DNA from: an uncultured Candidatus Saccharibacteria bacterium
GTDB lineage: Bacteria > Patescibacteriota > Minisyncoccia > Phycocordibacterales > UBA12088
DNA length: 11,381 bases
Reading direction: 5' to 3'
Assembly: GCA_964568345.1 (NCBI GenBank)
Contig: CAZMPG010000033.1
Span: forward strand, 1-11,381
The notes under the pieces are model-generated. The model did no database searches, was not told where the DNA came from, and saw nothing but the letters and a program-made list of their open reading frames with translations. Shown one piece after another: positions 1 through 6,155 of the stretch; within the stretch, counting starts at the first letter, position 1; each line of letters begins with the position of its first letter. The translations under genes and the position numbers were made by a program.

Positions 1-59
1 TGTATATGCCATATGACGCTAGTATAGTGCGTCCAAGCTATTGAACCATTACGACTGAC

Positions 60-88
60 TTGACATACTGATAATATTGTGTATATTA
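60..88 (+). promoter_or_regulatory. Candidate sigma70 promoter driving the small ORF/flotillin cassette
   Basis: TTGACA at 60-65 is followed by a 16-nt spacer and TATATT at 82-87. An alternative reading is a 17-nt spacer with ATATTA at 83-88, preceded by TG. The surrounding 120 bp is AT-rich, about 35-40% GC by hand count. The predicted TSS at about 94-96 gives a ~115-nt leader before the ATG at 211. Confidence 0.5.
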
Positions 89-210
89 GTCATAGTTCTC
101 GAGGGCATTGTATACCGAGATTTTTTGAACCTTAACATAGAGGAGGAATTACGATTGAAAACGTAAGACTGAAAGGCTTCGTTATCGGCTCTGACAGAGT
201 CGGTGACGAT

Positions 211-390
211 ATGGTTTGGAAGGTTCGAGTCAACGATAAAACTAACGGGCTTCACTGGAAAAAGTTTGAAGTTGCCTCCGTTCACGGAGGTATTCAGCTT
301 GCCAAGGGGCTTGAGGTTGAGTTTTTGCTCGGCAACTTCCTGAAAGGCGGATATTCTGTCCAAAAGGCCGTGGACGTCACAATCCTGTGA
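211..390 (+). CDS. Small hypothetical protein (59 aa) upstream of the flotillin gene, possibly 78 aa if initiated at the rare ATT at 154
   Basis: Not in the ORF track, which lists only ORFs of 60 aa or more. ATG at 211 is preceded by GGTGA 5 nt upstream, and the TGA stop is at 388-390. The frame is open back to TAA at 133-135. AGGAGG at 141-146 lies 7 nt before the in-frame ATT at 154. The same SD also sits 8 nt before an out-of-frame TTG (155) that opens a 3-codon ORF, TTG AAA ACG TAA. The product, MVWKVRVNDKTNGLHWKKFEVASVHGGIQLAKGLEVEFLLGNFLKGGYSVQKAVDVTIL, is beta-rich, basic and has no TM segment. It ends 32 nt before the flotillin ATG on the same strand. Confidence 0.4.
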   Translation: MVWKVRVNDKTNGLHWKKFEVASVHGGIQLAKGLEVEFLLGNFLKGGYSVQKAVDVTIL

Positions 391-422
391 CGACACACAA
401 CAGACACAAAGATAGGTGACTC

Positions 423-1808
423 ATGTTAGATATTCCCTTCTTGTCGGTCGGACTCACTCTGGTCGGCATCCTGTTCGTTCTTACCATCATTCTGGCGATC
501 CTCTTCCGCAAGGTCGTGAGCACTAACATGGTGCATATCGTCCAGAGTAGCAGTAAGACCAGGCCCTACGGTACCAACCTCAACGGCGGCAACGTCTATT
601 ACCGTTGGCCAAGCTGGATCCCGAAGTTCGGGGTCACTGTCATCGAACTTCCCGTGTCAAACTTCAATCGTGGCCTCAAAAACTACGAAGCGTATGACAA
701 GGACCGGGTACCGTTCATGGTCGACGTTACGGCGTTCTTTCGAATCGCTGATACAGCGCGCGCTGCACAGCGTGTAGCGAGCATGGCAGACCTCAACGAG
801 CAGCTGGACTTGATCGTTCAAGGTGCTGTTCGTAAGGTGCTTGCCTCTGACGTTATCGACAAGATCATGCTCGAGCGCGCACAGTTCGGTAGCCTCTTCA
901 CTAACGAGGTCACCGAACAACTCGCCGAGTGGGGTGTGGAGCCTGTCAAGGCCATGGAGCTCATGGATATCCGCGACAGTAGCCACGACAGCCGCGTCAT
1001 TGCCAACATCATGGCGAAGAAGAAGTCTCACATCGAGATGGAAAGCCGGAGGGAAGTGGCTGAAAACATGCGCGCTGCCGAAATGGCAGAAATCACTGCC
1101 CGTCGTGAAGTCGACATCCAACGCCAGCAGGCCGAACAGGCTGTCGGTGAACGGACGGCCGAGAAGGAAAAGGTCGTCGGTATTGCGCAGCAGAAGGCGG
1201 CGCAGGAGGTAAAAACCGAAGAAGCCAACACTAAAGCCAAGGAAATGGCAGTCGTCAAAGTCGGTCAGGTGCAACAAGCCGAAATCGACCGCGACGCGGC
1301 CATTGTCGCTGCTGACCAGCAACGCGAGGTAGCCATCCGTGAAGCAGACGGCAAGCTCGAAGCTGCTAAGCGTGAGGCCGAGGGTGTGCGAGTGAACGGT
1401 GTCGCAAGGGGTGAGGCTGAACAGGCGATTCTCATGGCACCGGTCAATGCCCAAATCGCTCTGGCGGAGAAGATCGCTTCGTTGCCCGAGTATCAGGAAT
1501 ACCTGCGGGCTATCGAGGCGATCGGAGCCTATCGGACGGTAGGTAGCGAGCAAGCAAAGGCATTGCAGTCGGCCGACGTCAAAGTCATCTCCAACGCCGG
1601 CAAACCTGGCGAAGGGATGACCAACGTCATGGACCTGTTCACCGCGAGCGGTGGTACCAATCTGGCCTCGGCGGTCGAAGCGTTTGCGCAGAGCCCGCTC
1701 GGCAAGTCCATCGTAGGCAAGCTGACCAGTCCTGCTTCGGCCAATGTCACTGACGCTCCGGCCGAGCTGCAACCTGCTGAAGAAGGCGGGCGAGGCTCGA
1801 AGAAGTAA
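423..1808 (+). CDS. Flotillin-like SPFH/band-7 membrane protein (FloT/YuaG/YqiK family)
   Basis: 461-aa ORF. It has an N-terminal hydrophobic anchor (LSVGLTLVGILFVLTIILAILF). An SPFH core follows (…VPFMVDVTAFFRIAD…). Then comes a long Glu/Ala/Gln-rich coiled-coil 'flotillin' region (AEMAEITARREVDIQRQQAEQA… EAAKREAEG) and a Gly/Ser/Ala-rich C-terminal tail. AGGTGA lies 4-5 nt upstream of the ATG. GC is about 55%, below that of the flanking core genes. Confidence 0.9.
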   Translation: MLDIPFLSVGLTLVGILFVLTIILAILFRKVVSTNMVHIVQSSSKTRPYGTNLNGGNVYYRWPSWIPKFGVTVIELPVSNFNRGLKNYEAYDKDRVPFMVDVTAFFRIADTARAAQRVASMADLNEQLDLIVQGAVRKVLASDVIDKIMLERAQFGSLFTNEVTEQLAEWGVEPVKAMELMDIRDSSHDSRVIANIMAKKKSHIEMESRREVAENMRAAEMAEITARREVDIQRQQAEQAVGERTAEKEKVVGIAQQKAAQEVKTEEANTKAKEMAVVKVGQVQQAEIDRDAAIVAADQQREVAIREADGKLEAAKREAEGVRVNGVARGEAEQAILMAPVNAQIALAEKIASLPEYQEYLRAIEAIGAYRTVGSEQAKALQSADVKVISNAGKPGEGMTNVMDLFTASGGTNLASAVEAFAQSPLGKSIVGKLTSPASANVTDAPAELQPAEEGGRGSKK

Positions 1809-1831
1809 CCCCCCCATCCTCTAACCTGGCC

Positions 1832-1877
1832 AAGTCCCTGGGTACTCGCAAGAGTGCTCGGGGACTTTTCTTTCTTG
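1832..1877 (+). terminator. Rho-independent terminator of the flotillin cassette
   Basis: AAGTCCC…(GTACTCGCAAGAGTGCTC)…GGGGACTT forms an imperfect stem-loop. TTTTCTTTCTT follows immediately. The element lies 24 nt after the flotillin stop. Confidence 0.6.
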
Positions 1878-2098
1878 CATGAATTAAGTATGCCATTCAA
1901 AATAAACACTACAATTACCGTGGCATGATCGTATAGTTCCACTCCCCATGGGACTCGTCACGCATGATGTTGACCTTGGCAAGCTCCTCATCTGATACTT
2001 TGATACACGTCTCGTACGCACGCATGTCGAGCACTGCTTTCACCGTGAGGCCGGTGGTGGTTTTCGTGTTCCCGATCAAACTCACGATTGTTGCAACT

Positions 2099-2131
2099 GA
2101 ACACCCCTCGGCTATAAGCCGAGGGGTGTTC
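2099..2131. terminator. Perfect 15-bp stem / 3-nt loop hairpin at the prfA 3' end and the island boundary (U-tract-less terminator candidate)
   Basis: GAACACCCCTCGGCT-ATA-AGCCGAGGGGTGTTC. The right arm overlaps the prfA stop codon (TGA at 2132-2130 on the minus strand). No T-run follows on either strand. The element coincides with the GC jump between the island and the core. Confidence 0.4.
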
Positions 2132-3134
2132 AGTCCTCTCCGGATTCGTCTCCTGCCCCACTGGCGTCCTCGTGCGCCGCAGCGTCCCGGAGCGCAACGA
2201 GTATCGGTTCGATGGTACCGGCAAAAATACCCTCGATATTGTGCCAACTTTCCTTGATACGGTGGTCGGTGACGCGGTCCTGGAGCACGTTGTACGTCCG
2301 GATTTTCTCGCTCCGATCGCCGGTACCGATCTGGTCTTTCCGCTTCGAGGCGTATGCGCGCGCCTCCTCCTCTTCTTTCTGCTCGGCGAGCTTCGCGATG
2401 AGGTGGCGCATCGCCTTCTCGCGGTTCGCCTGCTGAGTTCGTTCTGAGGTGCAACGTACGTCGACACCTGTTGGTAGGTGGATGAGGCGCACCGCTGTCT
2501 CGACCTTGTTCACGTTCTGCCCCCCTGCCCCGCCGGAGCGGGAAAACTCCATCGCAATATCTGCCGGATTCAGCTCAATGGATGTCTTCTTGCGGAGGGG
2601 GAGGATGGCGACCGATGCGGTCGAGGTGTGGATGCGGCCCGCTTTCTCGGTCGCGGGGATGCGCTGGATGCGGTGCACGCCCGTTTCGTGCTGGAGGAGG
2701 CGGTAGACGTCTTTCCCCCGAATCTCGAAGGATGCCTCTTTGTACCCGCCGACGTCATTTGTTGATTCGTCGAGTGTTCGCCACGACCACCCCGCATGGT
2801 CTGCGTACGCGTGGTACATAGCCGCGAGGTCGGCAGCAAAGAGGGCCGCTTCATCACCGCCAGCTCCCGCGCGAACCTCGAGAATCACTTCGTTCGGGTA
2901 TTCATCCTCCTCGGCGTCTTCTTTGAGGAGCTTGTCCATGTGTGCCTGGAGCTCGCCAAGCTGCGTCATAAGGCGTGTGATGTCAAGGTCGGCAAGCTCC
3001 CGCATCGCGGGGTCTGCGTCAGCGAGCGCTTTCGTCTCGTCGAGCTCACGGGCGAGCGCAGCGTACGACGTCGCGAGGTACGCAGTTTTCTGATTGCCGG
3101 TGTACCGAGCGAGGTCCATGGCGATGCCACACAC
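2130..3134 (-). CDS. prfA: Peptide chain release factor 1 (RF1)
   Basis: GGQ motif ([24 protein letters not shown]). The RF1-type PxT tripeptide is present ([14 protein letters not shown]), not the RF2 SPF motif. The C-terminal block [21 protein letters not shown] is also RF1-like. The track start at 3134 is GTG. An ATG 5 codons downstream, at 3119 (MDLARYTG…), is equally plausible. The gene lies 27 nt downstream of the rpmE stop, so a rpmE-prfA operon is likely. Confidence 0.88.
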   Translation of the reverse strand: MCGIAMDLARYTGNQKTAYLATSYAALARELDETKALADADPAMRELADLDITRLMTQLGELQAHMDKLLKEDAEEDEYPNEVILEVRAGAGGDEAALFAADLAAMYHAYADHAGWSWRTLDESTNDVGGYKEASFEIRGKDVYRLLQHETGVHRIQRIPATEKAGRIHTSTASVAILPLRKKTSIELNPADIAMEFSRSGGAGGQNVNKVETAVRLIHLPTGVDVRCTSERTQQANREKAMRHLIAKLAEQKEEEEARAYASKRKDQIGTGDRSEKIRTYNVLQDRVTDHRIKESWHNIEGIFAGTIEPILVALRDAAAHEDASGAGDESGED

Positions 3135-3161
3135 GCCGTGGTGGCGTGTGTGGCGCAGTAG

Positions 3162-3419
3162 CTACTGCTTCTTGCGAGCAGCAGCGACGCGGCGCTGGAA
3201 TTTCTCCACGCGACCTGCGGTGTCGATCATTGTGTCCTTGCCGGTGTAGAACGGGTGCGATGCACTCGAGATCTCGACCTTGACTGCTGGGTAGGTGACA
3301 CCGTCCACAACCTCCTTTTGGTCGGTCTGGATGGTGCTCCCAAGCACGAAACGCTCGCCGCTCGTCGCGTCGGTAAAGAGTACCTTGCGGTAGGTCTTGG
3401 GGTGGATCTTTGCCTTCAT
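3162..3419 (-). CDS. rpmE: 50S ribosomal protein L31, type B (no Cys, non-zinc-ribbon form)
   Basis: [13 protein letters not shown]…GSTIQTD…HPFYTGK matches the L31 family. There are no cysteines at all, so the CxxC zinc knuckle of type A is absent. The length is 85 aa. Confidence 0.88.
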   Translation of the reverse strand: MKAKIHPKTYRKVLFTDATSGERFVLGSTIQTDQKEVVDGVTYPAVKVEISSASHPFYTGKDTMIDTAGRVEKFQRRVAAARKKQ

Positions 3420-3427
3420 GTGGCACT

Positions 3428-3456
3428 ACTGTACCAGAGCGGAGAGCTGAGCGCAA
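3428..3456 (-). promoter_or_regulatory. Candidate promoter of rpmE-prfA (near-leaderless)
   Basis: On the minus strand, TTGCGC (plus 3456-3451) is followed by a 17-nt spacer and TACAGT (plus 3433-3428). The rpmE ATG starts 8 nt after the -10. No SD is present. Confidence 0.4.
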
Positions 3457-3463
3457 GGGTTAC

Positions 3464-3640
3464 GAGTGAAAAGAGGAAAGAAGATGGCGCGGGAGTTTTC
3501 AGGCGTGGACGATGCGCGAGGCGGAGGTGGTGCAGACTGCTAGGCAGTGCTCACGCACTGCCTACCGTGCTCGCGCTTTGTTGCCTGTGTCTGGAAACTC
3601 CGTCGCTCGTTTCTTTCCTCTTTCTTCTTTTCACTTTTCT
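3464..3640. repeat. ~177-bp long imperfect palindrome (extended hairpin / MITE- or small-repeat-like element) between the transglycosylase stop and the rpmE promoter
   Basis: The outer arm GTGAAAAGAGGAAAGAAG (3466-3483) matches the reverse complement of 3611-3634 (CTTTCCTCTTTCTTCTTTTCAC), with a 7-nt indel. Inner segments also pair: GCGCGGGAGTTTTCAGG with CCTGTGTCTGGAAACTCCGTCGC, and GCGCGAG with CTCGCGC. The apex is a perfect 10-bp stem, TAGGCAGTGC-tcac-GCACTGCCTA (3541-3564), centred at 3552. Confidence 0.5.
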
Positions 3641-3641
3641 C

Positions 3642-5066
3642 TCACTCACCCAACCGCTTGAGCGTATCAATTTGCTTTTGGAAGTATGCCGCGTGGCCCA
3701 TGACGCCGTCACCGTAGAACGCGTACGCGGGGTTGCTCGCATTGCCCCAGCCGGCGAAGTAGCGGAGCGCAGCGAGGCGCTCCGCCTCGTACGTGCCCGC
3801 ACCGGCGCCGTTCTCCTTCATGAGGGTTGCTGCGGCGATGAATGCATCCTGGTTGTCCCACGGGTTCGAAGGGCCCTGCTTGCCGCGGATTACGCGGAGG
3901 CGGTCTGCCTCAGCACGGTATATCCACGGCCCTGCCCAGAACGTGTCCCAACCGAGCGACCGCGCGGTGTTGCCGCAGTCGCCGGTCACCGTGTTCACGT
4001 AGCCGCCGTAGCACGCCCACGTTGAGGGGATAAACTGCGCTGGCCCCATTGCCCCGCCCCACCCGTAGCTCGGTTTTGCGGAGACCGGCATCGTGTCGGG
4101 GTTGAGCCCGAGGTTCTTGGTGATGACCGCAAAGAGTGGCCGATCGCGCGTCGGATGCATGTCTGCCTTCCAGGATCCGTTGCCAAGGAATTCGCCGAGT
4201 CGCGTCTCCTGCTTCAAGACACCGAGGATGAGTGCGGGTCGTATACCGGTCTTTTGAGACGCGAACGTGGCGAATTCGATAGCATCACCGAGGTTGATGG
4301 CCGCGGAGCCGCGGAGCTCGAAGAGCTCGGAGCGTATCTGTGCCGCGCTCTGCTCATTGGCGGCGATGAGCTTTTGGTACCGCTGCTCTTCGCCCTTGGT
4401 AGAGGTGAGGATGCGCGCTTTCTCCTTCTCCTGATCTTTGAGGCGGCCTTGCTGGAGCACTCGGAGCGTTCGAAGCTCCTCCTCTGAAGCCTGGCGATCC
4501 TCGAGCACCGCTTTCGCGTCTGCATGCTCGCTTCGGAGCGCCACGAGCTCGTGGGTTGACTCCTGGAGCCCGGTCTTCACCGCGGCAAACGCATCAAATT
4601 CCTGGAAGAGGTCGGAGAACCGCTTCCCCGAGAGTGCAACCTCGACGAGCGAGAGTTGATCGAGCTCCGCGGTACGCCGCACAAGGCCGGCGAGCGAAGA
4701 GCGCTCTTGGTCTATTTCTTCGGTGAGCCTGAGGATAGAGGCCTCTTTATCAACGATGTCTGCCTCAAGGTTTGCGATGGCAACCTCCTGCGCCCGTATG
4801 GCGAGCTTCGCCTTCTTGATCTCTGCATCGAGGATTCCCATGTCACGCTCGAGCGTCACCCGCTCCCCCTGCTTCCCCTCCAGGAGCTTCTGCTGTTCCG
4901 CAATGAGCGACTCGAGGTGGGCAAGCTGTGCCTCCAGCTCTGCGCGCCGCGCCTGGATCTGGGCTTCGGTCGTCTGTGCGTGGAGCGGCTCCCTGCCGGA
5001 GACGCATGCAACCGCGAACACCATACCGAGCATCGCCCCACACAACACTACCGTACGAACGGACAT
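3642..5066 (-). CDS. Secreted coiled-coil protein with a C-terminal family-3 lytic transglycosylase (MltB/SLT_2-like) domain
   Basis: The signal peptide is MSVRTVVLCGAMLGMVFAVACVSG. A heptad-rich coiled-coil region of about 230 aa follows (EAQIQARRAELEAQLAHLESLIAEQQKLLE…). The C-terminal domain has LKQETRLGEF (catalytic Glu context) and PSYGWGGAMGPAQFIPSTW, which resembles the MltB SWAGAMGQxQFMPS motif. The start is taken at ATG 5066 (residue 19 of the track ORF) because the signal peptide begins there and a -10 lies just upstream. Confidence 0.8.
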   Translation of the reverse strand: MSVRTVVLCGAMLGMVFAVACVSGREPLHAQTTEAQIQARRAELEAQLAHLESLIAEQQKLLEGKQGERVTLERDMGILDAEIKKAKLAIRAQEVAIANLEADIVDKEASILRLTEEIDQERSSLAGLVRRTAELDQLSLVEVALSGKRFSDLFQEFDAFAAVKTGLQESTHELVALRSEHADAKAVLEDRQASEEELRTLRVLQQGRLKDQEKEKARILTSTKGEEQRYQKLIAANEQSAAQIRSELFELRGSAAINLGDAIEFATFASQKTGIRPALILGVLKQETRLGEFLGNGSWKADMHPTRDRPLFAVITKNLGLNPDTMPVSAKPSYGWGGAMGPAQFIPSTWACYGGYVNTVTGDCGNTARSLGWDTFWAGPWIYRAEADRLRVIRGKQGPSNPWDNQDAFIAAATLMKENGAGAGTYEAERLAALRYFAGWGNASNPAYAFYGDGVMGHAAYFQKQIDTLKRLGE

Positions 5067-5072
5067 GCTCTT

Positions 5073-5101
5073 AGTATAGTGCTTCTGTTTCGGTTCGGCA
5101 A
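5073..5101 (-). promoter_or_regulatory. Candidate leaderless promoter of the transglycosylase gene
   Basis: On the minus strand, TTGCCG (plus 5101-5096) is followed by a 17-nt spacer and TATACT (plus 5078-5073). The ATG follows 6 nt after the -10, so the TSS falls at about the A of ATG. Confidence 0.4.
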
Positions 5102-5107
5102 AGGTAC

Positions 5108-5129
5108 AAAAAACACGCATGCGGCGTGT
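5108..5129 (-). terminator. Rho-independent terminator after rplY
   Basis: On the minus strand, ACACGC-cgcat-GCGTGT (plus 5113-5129) is followed by TTTTT(T) (plus A-run 5108-5113). It lies 25 nt downstream of the rplY stop. The stem is GC-rich but only 6 bp long. Confidence 0.5.
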
Positions 5130-5153
5130 GTGGTAGGGACGAAGCGTGCCGTG

Positions 5154-5798
5154 TTACGCCTCGGCTTCGTCCGACTCCTCTTTGCCCTTCTTCTCTACCT
5201 CGATGGTCGAGAGGTCGACCGGTGCCGCGCTCTCCTCAGTCTGCTCGACGACCTCCTGCACGAGAGCCACCACCTCATCGGCATCAACGCATGCGGAAAC
5301 ACCGGTAGGGAGCACAATATCCTTGACCCGCAGCTGGTCGTCGAACGTTGCGAGGGAGGATACGTCAACGGTGAGCTCGTGGGGGAGATCCTTCGGGAGC
5401 GCCTCGATCTCGAGCTCGTGGAGCACCTTGACGAGCGTGCCGCCGAGCTCGCGCTCTGCTGGAGCGGATCCAGAAAAGACGAGCGGTACCGACACCGTCA
5501 CGGTCTGATCCGCGCGCACCGCGTAGAAGTCAGCATGGAGAGGGGTACCGTAGACGGGGTCGAGCGTGACGTCGTGGATGAGCGCGTTCTGCGCAGCGCC
5601 AACCCCCTCGATCGAGACGATCGAGGACTCGCCCGCAACGTGCCACACCTTTTCGAAGTCGCGCGCGCTCACCGAGAGCGACTGTGGCTCGCGCCCAGCG
5701 CCGTACATGACCGCAGGGATGCGGCCGAGCGCGCGGAGCGTCGTGCAGGCTTTGCTGCCCCGCTCTGCTCGCTGCTGTGCAACAAGGGTGAGTGTCAT
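5154..5798 (-). CDS. rplY: 50S ribosomal protein L25 / general stress protein Ctc (long form)
   Basis: MTLTLVAQQRAERGSKACTTLRALGRIPAVMYG… aligns with L25/Ctc N-termini (RxxGKxPAVxYG). An acidic C-terminal extension (EVEKKGKEESDEAEA) is typical of the Ctc form. The start is taken at ATG 5798. The track GTG at 5822 would add 8 unlikely residues, MHCASNFC. Confidence 0.85.
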   Translation of the reverse strand: MTLTLVAQQRAERGSKACTTLRALGRIPAVMYGAGREPQSLSVSARDFEKVWHVAGESSIVSIEGVGAAQNALIHDVTLDPVYGTPLHADFYAVRADQTVTVSVPLVFSGSAPAERELGGTLVKVLHELEIEALPKDLPHELTVDVSSLATFDDQLRVKDIVLPTGVSACVDADEVVALVQEVVEQTEESAAPVDLSTIEVEKKGKEESDEAEA

Positions 5799-5831
5799 AC
5801 AAAAATTGCTGGCGCAATGCACCGTGCGCCC

Positions 5832-5859
5832 AGTATACGTGATTTTCGCACAAGCGCAA
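5832..5859 (-). promoter_or_regulatory. Candidate rplY promoter
   Basis: On the minus strand, TTGCGC (plus 5859-5854) is followed by a 16-nt spacer and TATACT (plus 5837-5832). This gives a ~27-nt SD-less leader containing a GGCGCA/TGCGCC hairpin. Confidence 0.4.
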
Positions 5860-6155
5860 GAGCTGGTACACTGGTGGGTGACGGCACGGGCCGCGTGGGT
5901 AATTGCTCACACTTTCCATAAACAGCCCGATGTCGTTGTCACTGCGAGGAGCCGACCAGCCGGGAGGCGACGAAGCAATCCAGGTATTGTGTTCGCTGGG
6001 GTACCGAAATGCTGCTTATATCATGGACTGCTTCCCGTCACGCTCTGCTCGCGGCTAAAGGCCTGCGGTCCCGCCCCGCCCGCAGACGGGGGCTCGCAGA
6101 GACAAAGTGTGAGGGGTTATGTGAGTGGACTTTATGAGCTAGCAGAGTGTAGCAT

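Noticed and set aside
49-396. 115-aa minus-strand ORF (GTG start at 396) covering the island promoter and leader
   Set aside because: It would have to be transcribed from inside the flotillin coding region. It has no SD. Its C-terminal third is read from the AT-rich promoter itself (…SMLRFKKSRYTMPSRTMTNIHNIISMSSQS). The plus-strand promoter, SD and small ORF explain the region better.
657-1817. 386-aa ORF antisense to the flotillin gene (plus nested 60-130 aa ORFs at 818-1447)
   Set aside because: The product is low-complexity and Leu/Arg/Asp-rich with no start context. This is typical of the antisense strand of a GC-biased, Glu/Ala-rich coiled-coil gene.
1915-2467. 179-aa and 159-aa minus ORFs and a 97-aa plus ORF overlapping prfA and the boundary hairpin
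   Set aside because: These are out-of-frame overlaps with RF1 that read straight through the 33-nt perfect palindrome. Only the short 1915-2043 tail is kept as a low-interest note.
3484-3543. 19-codon ORF (MAREFSGVDDARGGGGADC*) with an apparent SD (GAGGAAAG) inside the long palindrome
   Set aside because: The 'SD' is simply the purine-rich arm of the inverted repeat. Native genes here do not use SDs. The ORF ends in the apex hairpin.
4656-5921. 421-aa plus-strand ORF spanning the transglycosylase, terminator and rplY on the opposite strand
   Set aside because: It runs through an intergenic terminator and promoter. It has no homology features. It is a high-GC long-ORF artefact.
5799-6155. 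Possible riboswitch or sRNA in the 357-bp rplY/PfkB divergent region (GC-rich palindromes such as CTGCGG…CCGCAG, CCCCG…CGGGG)
   Set aside because: I could not recognise any riboswitch consensus. The short GC palindromes are expected by chance at this GC content. Only the rplY promoter is reported.
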